From the NCBI RefSeq assembly GCF_009914755.1, contig NC_060925.1: a stretch of 64,000 nt of DNA. One strand, written 5' to 3'. Shown in pieces: positions 52,705 to 64,000 of the stretch. Made by a program: the position numbers and the translations under genes. Position 1 is the stretch's first letter. Every line of letters begins with the position of its first letter. Under the pieces are notes generated by a model. It was not told where the DNA came from. It did not search any database and saw nothing but the letters and a program-made list of their open reading frames with translations. Source of the DNA: the human T2T-CHM13v2.0 reference genome, Homo sapiens.

Positions 52705-55350
52705 TGTCTGCTTCTGGCCAAAGGGCCAGCATTTACTCTTTCACCTTAAACAACTGGGAAACCAGACAAAATCAATGACATGACAGTTTGCAGACATTAG
52801 AAAACAGATCATGCCAGATCATGATTCCTGAGAAAAGGAAAAACAAATTGAGGCCCATAACAAATTGAGCCCCTACAAGCAGTTACCAGGTTGAAGTACA
52901 AGGAGAGGGAATTCAAATGGCCACTGAATTGATATGGCAGAGATTGAATTTGAGGACCTCAAAGTGGCTAGAATTTGTGTGGCTGAGTACAGTGAGTAGG
53001 AATCTGCACACATAGCGATATCCAGAGAGATGCAGAGGCATTCTCTCAAGTCTTTGGCTGAGTACTGACTGGCACGTTTGTGAGAGGAGACAATATGAAT
53101 AGGGGAAAGATCTGACAGAAAGGAGGAGGGAGAATCATTTCTAGAGTTCATAATGGATTAGGAATTGTTCATGTTCCCACTGCCCTGAGTGCAAAGAACA
53201 AATGGGATGCCAGAAAGGAATCTGGTATTATTTAAATAAATATAATCTAAAACTAAAAGGTAAAATTGACAGTATTTGGGATCCGATTAAAAATTACCAG
53301 GCATGCCAAGAAACTGGAAAACATGACTCATAACCAAGAGAAGAAACAACCAATAGAACACACCCAGAAATTACTGATAGTGGGATTAGCAGAAAAGAAC
53401 AGTAATACAGATATAAATATGTCCATGTGTTCAAGAGGTATAAGAAAATATGAACACATTGTGGTGAGAAAGAGAATATTTAAGAAAGACTGAAATTAAG
53501 CATCTAGAGTTGAAAAAATATAACACAAATTAAAAATATGCTGGGTGAAATAAAAGCATATCAGACATTAAAGAAGAAAATGTCTGTAAGTATTAAGACA
53601 TGCTAATAGAAAATAACCAAGATGAAATACAGAGGTAAAAAAGATATAAAAAAAAATCAACAGAGCATCAGTGACCTCTGGAATAATATCAAGTGATATG
53701 ACATACATGTAATTAAAGTCCTAAGATGGGGGGGGAGTATGATAGAAGAAATATTTGAAAAAATAATGGCCTCAAATTTTCTAAATTTAAGGAAAACTAT
53801 AAATGTACATAATTGTATTTCTATTGCTGCTGTAACAAATTACCACAAATCCGTGGTTTAAGACAACAAAAATCTATGTCTTACAATTCCAGAGGTCAGA
53901 AGTCCACTAAAGGTCTCACTGGGTTAAAATTGAGGCACAGGCTTACTGTGTTTCTTTCTGAAAACTCCAGAGAAGAATTAATTTTCTTGTCTTTTCTAGA
54001 TGCCAGAAGCTTCCTGCATTGCAGTGGCTGGCTGAGTCTTTCTCACGTGGCATCACTCTGACACTTACTCTCTTGTTTCCTTCTTTAACTTACAAGGACC
54101 CTTGTGATTACATCAGGCCCACTTGAATAATCCAGAGTAGTCTCCTCATCTCAAGGTCATCTGATTAGCAGGTTAAATTCTATCTGCCTCCTTAATTTCT
54201 CTCTGCTGTTATATAACATATTCACATGTCCTGTGGATGAAAATGGACATATTGGGGGAACACTATTCTGCCTACAAACTACATATCCAAGAAGTTGGAT
54301 GAACCCATCTAAGAGTAAACATAAAGACAACCATATCAATGCACATTATAAAACAATTATTGAAAATCAGTGGTGAAAAAATATTAAAAGCAGCTAGAGA
54401 AGAAAAGACACCTTAATGTTGAGAAAAACAAAAATATACATAAGAGCACACTTTTTAACAGAAACTCTGCCAACCAGAAGATTATGGAAAGACTTTATAT
54501 CTAAAGATATAGAAAGGTTAAAAATAAAAGAATAGAAGAAGGTGTACCCTGCAAACTCTAATCACAAAAGCTAGAGTGGCTACGTTAATATCAGACAAAA
54601 TGTACTTCAGAACAAAGAATATTACCAGGGGTAACAGGAGACACTTCATAAAGTTAAAGGGTTATCAATTCATCAAAAAAGGACTAAAGTTTTAAATGTG
54701 TATTAGCATAAAAACAGACTTTTAAAATACATGAAGCAAAAACTGATCAAACTGAAAGGACAAGCAATAAATACACAAGTATAGTTGGAGATTTCAACAC
54801 TTTCAATAATTAATAGAATAACTAAATGAAAAAATCAATAAAGATATAAAATAACTAAACAGCACTATTACCCAATTTGACCTAATTGACATTTATAGAC
54901 CACTTCATCAACTACAGCAAAATACACATTCATTTTAATTACGTTGAGAACGTTTGGTAAGGGAGACCATGCGTTAGCCAATAAAACAAGTCTTAGTAAT
55001 TTTAAGAGGGTTGAAATTACAGGAGGGTTGGATTTTAAAAAGGTTGGTGGTTTTTAAGACTATGCCAAAATTGTGGTAGAAATAGCAGAACAATATGTGG
55101 AAAATATCAATATTTAGAATTTAAGCAATAACTCCCTAATAACCCAGAGGTCAAAGAAAAAAACACAAGGGAAATTAGAAAATAGTTTGGACTCAGTGAA
55201 AGTATAAACATATCATACCAAAATTTCTGGCATATGAAGCAGTGCCAAAGGGAATGTTATCAAATTATATTCTTAGAAAAGTGGAAAGTTCTCAAATTAA
55301 TAACTTAGCATTCACATTAAGAAAGTAGAAAAAGAAGAGTAATTTAAATG
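52705..55350 (+). mobile_element. Second old L1M (5' UTR, ORF1, ORF2 5' part) interrupted by MLT1D
   Basis: tctgcttctggccaa... 5' end; aaaattaccaggcatgccaagaaactggaaaacatgac (ORF1); agctagagtggctacgttaatatcagacaaa and atagttggagatttcaacac (ORF2 EN). Confidence 0.8.
53804..54278 (-). mobile_element. MLT1D MaLR solo LTR inserted in L1 ORF1
   Basis: ttctattgctgctgtaacaaattaccacaaa...aaggacccttgtgattacatcaggcccac...ctgattagca...cactattctgcctac; L1 rejoins aaaactataaa|ctacatatccaagaag. Confidence 0.88.
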
Positions 55351-55396
55351 GATGAAATGGGCAAATTATGTAAAAATACTTAATTTTAACTCTTAC

Positions 55397-55504
55397 CATA
55401 TATAAACATACACATACATATAGGTGTGTGTATATATACACATATATGTGAGTGTGTGTGTGTGTATATATATGTGTGTGTGTGTAGAGATATATATATA
55501 TATA
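55397..55504. repeat. (TA/TG/CA)n low-complexity purine-pyrimidine tract
   Basis: atatataaacatacacatacatataggtgtgtgtatatatacacatatatgtgagtgtgtg... Confidence 0.9.
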
Positions 55505-56184
55505 TTTTACCAAAACTGACAGAAGAAGAAATAATGAATCTTAATAGTCCTATCACACTTAGAGACATTAACCTTGTAATTTCAAACCTCTTCACAAAAA
55601 AATACCAGGCAAAGATGGCTTCACAAGTGAATTCTGCCGTGTAGTTTTACAATCTCTTCTGGAGAAGAGGAAAACCATGAATATCCCCTAACTCATTCTA
55701 CAATCCAGGTTTAATCTTGATTTGAAAACTTGACAAGGACATTCAATAAATAAATAATACAGCCTAATATCACTTATAAGTATGGATGCAAAATAGCAAA
55801 CACAATTATCAAAATATACCTAGCAATAGGTATACTGAGTGGTACAGCACCACCAAATTGCATTTATCCAGGAATGAAAAGTTGTCTTAGTATTTAAAAT
55901 TCAGTCTATATAATTATTCACATGAGGAGAAGCTTTTATCTGAATAGATGCAGAAAAATAATTTCAAAAAATTTAATGTCTATTCATGCTTAAAGTACAT
56001 TTGGAAAACTAAGAATAGATGAATGTAGGAAATAATATACAACTAACTTCATAAGAGCAAAAACATTGGCATCTTTTCAACTGAGATCATGAAGATACAT
56101 AAAGTAGTCAACTTTCACAACTTCTATTCAACATTTTAACAATGGTAGCCTGTGCAGTGAGGTAAGAGAAAAAAAATAAAAGGA

Positions 56185-56898
56185 CAGTAGTCTTCTTTTA
56201 TTGTGTTTTCACTTTCCACAGTTTCACTTGCTCACAGTCAACTGTAGTCCCAAAATACTAAAAGGAAAATTCCAGAAATAAATGATCAATACATTTTAAA
56301 TTGTGCACCATTCTTAGTAGGGTGATAAAATCTCACGTTGTCCTTCTCTGTTCAGCCATGAATCTGAATCATTTATTTGTCCTGAGTATCCATGCTGTGT
56401 ATACCACCTGTCTGTTAGTCATCAAGATCATATGCCGCTGATATCCAACCATCAATATCATCATGGCTTAATGATCCAGGATCACCTGAATCAGATAATC
56501 CTCTTTTTAACATAACATCAGAAGGTCAATAATAGTGTAACACTGTATCACATGCCTATGTCATTCACCTTACTTTATCTCATCACAGAGGCATTTTGCC
56601 ATCTCACATCATCACAAGAAAAGTGACTATGGTACAAATAAGATATTTTGAGGAGGGGAGAGAAAGAGAGACTACAGTCACATAACTTTTATTACAGTGT
56701 ATTGTTCTAATTGTTCTACTTTTATTATTAGTTATTGTTAATCTCATACTGTGCCTAATTTATAAATAAAACTTTATCATAGGTATGTATGTATGTATAG
56801 GGGAAACGTAGTATATATAGGGTTTAGTATTAACTGCAGTTTCTGGTACCCATTTGGGACCTTGAAACGTATGCCCCACAGATAAGCAGGAACTACTG
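56185..56898 (+). mobile_element. MER44D-like (TcMar-Tigger) MITE
   Basis: TIRs cagtagtc.../...gaactactg, about 714 bp; shares terminal sequence with MER44A at 8885; internal gatccaggatcacctgaatcagataatcctc. Confidence 0.85.
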
Positions 56899-57753
56899 CA
56901 TTAAGGATTTTGAAGGAAAAAATAAAATGGTCATTATTTGCTTATGATATGATTGTATATGTAGAAAATCTGAAAGAGTTACAGATAAATTATTAGCATC
57001 AATGAATTAGCCTAGCAAGTTTTCTGGACACAGATTCAATATCCAAAAATTAACAATATTTCTCTACACAAGGAATAAACAATTCCAAAATGAAACACAA
57101 AAAGATGGCATTTATAAAACAACAAATATTCAATTCATAAAAATAATTCTAAGAGAAAAGATACACAATGTTTATAGAAAAATCTATAAAATATTATCGA
57201 GAGAAATTAAGGAAGACCTAAACAAATAAAGTCATATGTAATTTTTATGCATGAGAAGGCTATGTTGAAGCAATTGTAATTATTTACCATACTGATCTAT
57301 AAATGCCAGGCAATCTCAAATGATATTCCACTTATTATCTATTTAACAGAAAATACATTAATTTTAACATTTATTTGGAAATGCAAATGGTCAAAAATAG
57401 TCAAGGCATTCTTAATAAGAGTAAAACAAGATAGAAGAATTTATTCTACTAGTTATCAAAATTTTTTTGAATCTATAGCAACTGAAACAATTTGATATTC
57501 TCTGAAGAATATAAAACAGACTAGTGGACATAATTTTCAAGATCTAGAAACAGACTTGCACAATATGAAACTCTTGATTTATAAAAAGCTAGTTCTTCTG
57601 AGCAATGGTGAAAGGAAAGTCTTTTCAAAAATGGTCTAGGGTCAATTGGACATCCACATTTTATAAAGAGAAACTTGGCCCTTTCTTTGTAGCATACATA
57701 AAAATTATATTCAGGTGGATTGTAGATATAAGAATGATAAAATAATAAAGCTA

Positions 57754-57925
57754 CAAGGGTGATTTATTAATCTTATGAGTCCCAGAATAGGATTCCATAT
57801 CAATATAATTTCTTTTTTTGTAATGCTGTGTATTTTATTTTATTCACTTAAATATTCTGAAAAGTGCTCATACTCTTCCTCAGATTCTCAATAGGATCTG
57901 TTGAAAAAAAATTTTCAGGAATTTC
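57754..57925 (+). mobile_element. Short hAT-Charlie MITE (MER119/Charlie7-like)
   Basis: tcaatataatttctttttttgtaatgctgtgtattttattttattcacttaaatattctgaaaag resembles the MER119 3' part. Confidence 0.4.
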
Positions 57926-59812
57926 TATAAGTCAATACAAGAATATAGTCAAGCTATTGGAGGTGGGGGACACTTTCTTAAATAGAACTCAAAAAGCAGA
58001 AACCATTAAATACAAACTAATTAACGGACTGTATTAAAATAAGGAACTCTTTTTTTTATCAAAAGGCACCATCAGGAGAGTGAAAATGCAAGCTGCAGAT
58101 TGGCATACATAATTATAAGAAATTGCTATTTAGGATATATAAACATATTCATTTAAATTAATAAGAAAAATGACATACCAATAGAAAATTGGGCAATAAT
58201 TTGACCAGACATTGTACATAAGATCCAAATTCATTAACTGTCAAGGAAATACATGTTAAAACAAAAATGAGGTACTAGTACAAACCCTCAAATATTATTG
58301 ATGGTAGTGTGAATTATTACAAGTGGCTTTCAAAACTAGTATTGTCTATAAAGTTCCACATACGCATACCTTACAACTAGCACAGGCTCACCAATAGATG
58401 TGTATAATAATGTTCATAATAACAATACTTGAATCATGAGGCAAAATGGCCAATTATAAGCAGCTGCAGTCCATGGCTCTCACAGAGAGGAAGGAAAAGG
58501 GGAAAGTGAATTCAGCACCTTAAAGTGAAATATCCAGGTTCTCACATTGGGAATGATTAGGCAAACAGCTTGACCCATGGAAACAAAGAAAAGCGGGGTG
58601 GTGGGGTGATGGCCCACTCGGGAGCAGTACAGAACCAAAGGAACTCCCACCCCTAGCCAAGGGAAGTGGTGAGTGATTGTGTGACCTCACCCAGGAAACC
58701 ATGCTTCTCCCACAGATCCTTGCAGCCTGCAGATCAGAAGATCCCCTTGTGAGCTCATGCCATGAGGGCCTTAGGTTCAATGTAACCCAATAACTGTGTA
58801 GAGCTGTGTGGAGGCTCAGCAGAGCAGCTGCTTGGGCACACACGGAGACACAGGAGTTTTACATATTCTGGCCCCAGGATCCCTGGCAAGGCAAAAAATC
58901 ATATCCCGAGGAAGGGAGCTGAATCCAGGGAGCCAAGCAGCATCATTCTGCGGGCCCCACTTCCATGGCCCCTCACAAGTTAAGACCCACTGGCTTGTGA
59001 TCCCAGGCAGCCAATGGCAGCAGGTTGGAATCTGCCTGAGATAGGACCGAGATCCCAGAGGGAGAGGTGGCCACCATCTCTGTGGTTCACTAGACTCAGC
59101 CATTCCAGCCTACTAGTTGTGGAGAATACAGATTGTTCAGACAAGGAATGTCATCCCTGATAATACACCACAGCTGCCTTGCCAGATCATGGCCAGACTG
59201 CTTATTTAAGCAGGACACTGACACTTTTCCTCCTCACTGGGTGGGACCTTGGTTTTACAGATAGAGCTCTGATCTTTCCCTGGGACAGAGCTACCATAAG
59301 GAGGAGCAGCTGCCATCTCTGCAGTTACATAGACTCAGCCATTCCAGCCTACTGGCTGTGGAGAATACAGGTGGTCCAGATGAGGAAGTGTCCCCTTTGT
59401 GCAGCATACCTGCTCTAGCAAGAAGCAGCCAGACTGATTCTTTGGGTGGGTCTCTGATCCTGTTCCTCTTGACTGGGTGAGACCTTCCAGTGGGGGTCCC
59501 CAACCACCTCCTACAGGTGCATGCAGGCTGGCAACAGGTCAGTGCCCTCCTGGGATGGAGCTTCCAGAGGAAGAGACTAGCTGGCATATTTGCTGTTTCC
59601 CGACCTTCACTGGTGATACCTCCAGGTACATGAGAAGCTGAGGCACTGGGGTATGGAACAGACCCCAGAAAACCGCAGCAACCCTATGGTAAAGTGACCT
59701 GTTAAAAGAAAAACAAACAAACAGAAAACAACAACAACAACAACAGCAAAAGACCCCACAAAAACCCCATTCAGAGGTACCTCAAAGATCAAAGGTAGAT
59801 AAGCCCACAAAG

Positions 59813-60815
59813 ATGAGAAAGAATCAATACAAAAATGCTGAAAACTCAAGCAGCCAGATGGCCTCTTCTTTTCCTAATGACTGCATCTCCTCCAGCAAGG
59901 GCACAGAATTGGGCTGAGGTTGAGATGGCTGAATTGACAGAAGTAGGTTTCAGAAGGTGGGTAATAACAAAGTTCACTGAGCTAAAGGAAAATGTTGTAA
60001 CCCAATGCAAAGAAACTAAGAGTCACTGTAGAACAATACAGGAGCTGATAGCCAGAATAGCCAGGTTAGAGGGGAACATAACAGACCTGATGGAGCTGAA
60101 AGACACAACAGGAGAACTTCACAATGCAATCACAAGTATCAATAGCAGAAAAGACAAAGCAGAGGAAAGAATCTCAGAGCTGGAAGACTATCTGTCTGAA
60201 ATCAGACTGGTACACAAGAATAGAGAGAAATGTAATGAATAAAACCTCCAAGAAATATGGGATTATGTAAAAAGACTGAATCTATGGATGATTGGGGTAA
60301 CTGAAAAAGATGGGGAGAAAGGAACTGAGTTGGAAAACATACTTCAGGATATAATCCAGGAGAACTCTCCAACCTAGCAATGCAGGCCAACATTCAAATT
60401 CAGGAAATCCAGAGAACCCCAGTAACATATTCCATGAGAAGATCAACCTCAAGACACATAATCTTCAGATTTTCAAAGGTTGAAATGAAAGAAAAAATGT
60501 TAAGGGCAGCCAGAGAGAAAGACCAGGTCACCTACAAAGGGAAACCCATCAAACTAACGTGGACATCTCAGTGGAAACCCTACAAGCCAGAAAAGATTGG
60601 GGGCCAATATTCAACATCCTTAAAGAAAAGAATTTCCAACCCAGAATTTCATATCTGGCCAAACTAAACTTCATAAGTGGAGAAGTAAGATTCTTTTAAG
60701 ACAAGCAAATGCTGAGGGACTTTATCACCACCAGGCCTGCCTTGTAAGAGCTCCTGAAGGAAGCACTAAATATGGAAAGGAAACACCATTACCAGCCACT
60801 ACAAAAACAAACTGA
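59813..60815 (+). pseudogene. Disrupted L1 ORF1p
   Basis: Coiled-coil fragment (AEERISELED) and RRM/CTD fragment (QIQEIQRTP...RHIIFRFSKVEMKEKMLRAAREK) in broken frames. Confidence 0.9.
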
Positions 60816-60885
60816 GGCACACAGACCAGTGACATTATGAAGCAACCACATAAACAAGTCTGAAAAATAACCAGCTACCATCATA

Positions 60886-63800
60886 ATGACAGGATCAAAT
60901 TCACACATAACAATACTAACCTTAAACGTAAATGGGCTAAATGCCCCAGTTAAAAGACACATACTGGCAAATTGGATAAAGAGCCAAGACCCACACGTAT
61001 GCTGTCTTCAAGAGACCCATCTCATGAGCAAAGACACACATAGGCTCAAAATAAAGGAATGGAGGAGAATTTACCAAGCAAATGGAAAACAGAAAAAAGT
61101 GGAGGTTGCAATCCAGCTTTCTGACTTTAAACCAACAAAGATCAAAAAAGACAAAGAAGGACATTACACAATGAGAAAGGGTTCAGTTCAACAAGAAGAC
61201 TTAACTATCCTCTATATATAAGTGCCTATTACAGAAGCATCCAGATTCGTAAAGCAAGTTCGTAAAGACCTACAGAGAGACTTAGACCTCCACATAATAA
61301 TAGTCAGAGATTTTAACACCACACTGACAATATTAGACAGATCATTGAGACAGAAAATTAACAAAGATATTCAGGACATAAACTGAGCTCTGGATAAGTG
61401 GACCCAATAGATATCTACAGAACTCTCTACTCAAAAACAACAGAATATACATTCTTCTCATCACCACACAATACTTACTCTAAAATTGATCACATAATTG
61501 GAAGTAAAACACTCCTCAGCAAATGCAAAAGAATTGAAATCATAACAGCCTCTCAGACCACAGCACAGTGAAATTAGAACTCAAGGTTAAGAAATTTACT
61601 CAAAACCACACAACTATATGGAAATTGAACAACCAGCTCTTGAATGACTCCTGGGTAAATAATGAAATTAAGGCAGAAATCAAGAAGTTATTTGAAACTA
61701 AAGAAAACAAAAAGACACCATACTAGAATCTCTGGAATGCAGCTAAGGAAGTGTTAAGAGGGAAACTTATAGCAGTAAATACCCACATCAAAAAGCTAGA
61801 AAGATCTCAAGTTAACAAACTAACATCTTAACTAAAAAAAACAGAGAACTAAGAGCAAACAAACCCCAAAGCTAGCAGAAGAAAAGAAATAAGCAAAATC
61901 AGAGCCAAACTGAAGGAGATAGAGAGACTAAAAACCTTTCAAAACATCAATGAATCCAGGAGGTGGTGTTTTGAAAAAAAAATAGATAGATGCTAGCTTT
62001 ACTAATAAAGAAGAAAAGAGAGAAGATCAAATAGACACAGTAAAAAATGTTAAAGGGAATATCACCACCGACCCCACAGAAATACAATCATCAGACAATA
62101 CCATAAACACTTCTATGCACATAAACTAGAAAACCTAGGAGAAATGGATAAATTCTTGGACACATACACCCTCCCAAGACTGAATCAGGAAGAAACTGAA
62201 TTCCTGAATAGACCAATAACAAGATCTGAAGTTGAAGCAGTAATAGATAGCCTACCAACCAGAAAAAGCCAAGGACCAGAAAGATTCACAGCTAAACTCT
62301 ACCAGAGGTACAGAGAAGAGCTGGTACCATTTCTATTGAAACTATTCCAAAAAATTGAAAAGGACGAACTCTTCCTTAAGTCATTCTATGAGGCCAGCAT
62401 CATCCTGATACCAAAGATACAACAACAAAAACATTAGGCCAATGTCCTTGATGAACATCAGTGCAGAAATCCTCATTATAACACTGGCAAACTGAATCCA
62501 GTAGCACATCAAAAAGCTTATCCACCATGATTAAGTTGGCTTCATCCCTGGTATTCAAGGTTGGTTCAACATATGCAAATCAATAACTATGATTCATCAC
62601 ATAAACAGTACTAAAGACAAAAACCACATGATTATTACAATAGATACAGAAAAGACCTTCAATAAATTTCAACATACCTTCATGTTAAAAACTCAATAAA
62701 CTAAGTATTAAAGGAAAATATCTCAAAATAATAAGAGCCATCTATGACAAATCCACAGCCAATATCATATTGAATGTGCAAAAGCTGGAAGCATTCCCCT
62801 TGAAAACCAGCACAAGACAAGAACGCCCTCTCTCATCACTCTTATTAAACATAGTATTTAAAGTTCTGGTCATGACAATCAGGCAAAATAATGAAATAAA
62901 GGTATACAAATACAAAGAGAGGAAGTCAAATTATCTGTTGCAGATGACATGATCCTGTATTTAGATAACCCCATCATCTCAGCCCAAAAGCTTCTTAAAC
63001 TGATAAGCAACTTCAGCAAAGTCTCAGGATATAAAATCAATGTGCAAAAATCACAAGCATTCCTATACACCAACAATTGACAAGCAGGTAGCCAAATCAT
63101 TAATGAACTGCTGTTTAGAATTGTTACCAAAAGAATAAAATAACTAGGAATTCAGCTAACAAAGGAAGTGAAGTACCTCTTTAATGATAACTACAAACCA
63201 GTGCTCAAAGAAATCAGAGAGGACACAAACAAATAAAAAACACTTCATGCTCATGGATAGGAAGAATCCAAATTGCGAAAATGGCCATACTGCCCAAAGT
63301 AATTTATAGATTAAATGCTATTCCCATTAAATTACAATTTACATTCTTCACAGAAATAGAAAACACTACTTTAAAATTCACATGGAACCAAAAAGGAGCC
63401 CATATAGCCAAGACGATCCTAAGCAAATAGAACAAAGCTGGAGGCATCACACTACCTGACTTCAAACTATACTACAATGCTGCAGTAACCAAAACAGCAT
63501 GGTACTGGTACAAAAATAGACACATAGACCAATGCAATGGAATAGAGAACTCTTCTAAGACTGCACACAGGCAACCATCTGATCTCTGAAAAATCCAACA
63601 AAAACAAGCAATGAGGAAATGACTCCCTATTTAATAAATGGTGCTGGGAGTTCTGGCTAGCCATATGCAGAAAATTGAAAGTGGACCCTTTCTTATACCA
63701 TATACAAAAATTATCTCAAGATGGATTAAAGACTTAAATGCAAAACCCCAAACTATAAAAACCCTAGAAGGAAATCTAGGCAATACCATTCAGGACATAG

Positions 63801-64000
63801 GCATGGGCAAAGATTCCATGATGAAAATGCCAAAAGCAATTACAACAAAAGCCAAAATTGACAAATGGGATCTAATTAAACTAAAAAGCCCCTGCACAGC
63901 AAAAGAAACTATCATCAGAGTGAACATACAACCTACAGAATGGGAGAAAACTTTTTCAATCTATCCACCTGACAAGGGTCTAATATACAGAGTCTTCAAG
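60886..64000 (+). pseudogene. Disrupted L1 ORF2p (APE endonuclease, RT)
   Basis: TLNVNGLN, CCLQETH, KKDKEGHY; [17 protein letters not shown]; fragments separated by stops and frameshifts. Confidence 0.93.

Larger units (their letters stand above)
55351..58430 (+). mobile_element. Old L1M ORF2 (RT to C-terminus), interrupted by MER44D and a hAT MITE
   Basis: accaaaactgacagaagaagaaata...gaatagatgcagaaaaa...ttatttgcttatgatatgattgtatatgtagaaaatc (degenerate FADD region)...gagaaattaaggaagacctaaacaaat. Confidence 0.8.
58435..64000 (+). mobile_element. Near full-length older primate L1 (about L1PA11-15), runs beyond window end
   Basis: 5' UTR ggcaaaatggcc...ggctctcacagagagg...gaattcagcacc; ORF1 from about 59813; ORF2 MTGSNSHITILTLNVNGLN at 60886; many stops and frameshifts. 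Confidence 0.95.

Overview
AT-rich, CpG-poor mammalian genomic DNA. Young L1PA and AluS elements point to a simian primate, probably human or another ape. I recognise no protein-coding exon, RNA gene, CpG island or named gene, so the window reads as deep intron or intergenic sequence. A large share is transposable element: 4 Alus; a 5'-truncated young L1PA (about 37.9-40.9 kb, minus); a near full-length older L1PA running off the right end; an L1-saturated nested block (50.4-64 kb); L2/MIR relics; several MaLR/ERV solo LTRs; and DNA-transposon MITEs (MER44A/D, Tigger3a, MER30, MER5A1). The long ORFs in the supplied track that I can identify are L1 ORF1/ORF2 remnants, Alu/L2 read-through or low-complexity artefacts. 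The best unexplained signals are: (1) a near-perfect 109-bp palindrome at 41306-41414 that looks like a template-switch fold-back of L2 sequence (pre-miRNA-like); (2) a compact muscle-type regulatory module (poly-T, GC box, CArG, 2x GATA, MCAT, retained CpGs) at about 35.9-36.35 kb; (3) strong orphan 3' splice sites (9594, 34998) suggesting small cassette or UTR exons of an unidentified host transcript; (4) a second miRNA-sized hairpin at 32891-32948 and a cluster of TGTCAAT(G) motifs at 43.6 kb. Repeat subfamily names come from remembered consensus sequences, not a search, and boundaries of old repeats are approximate.
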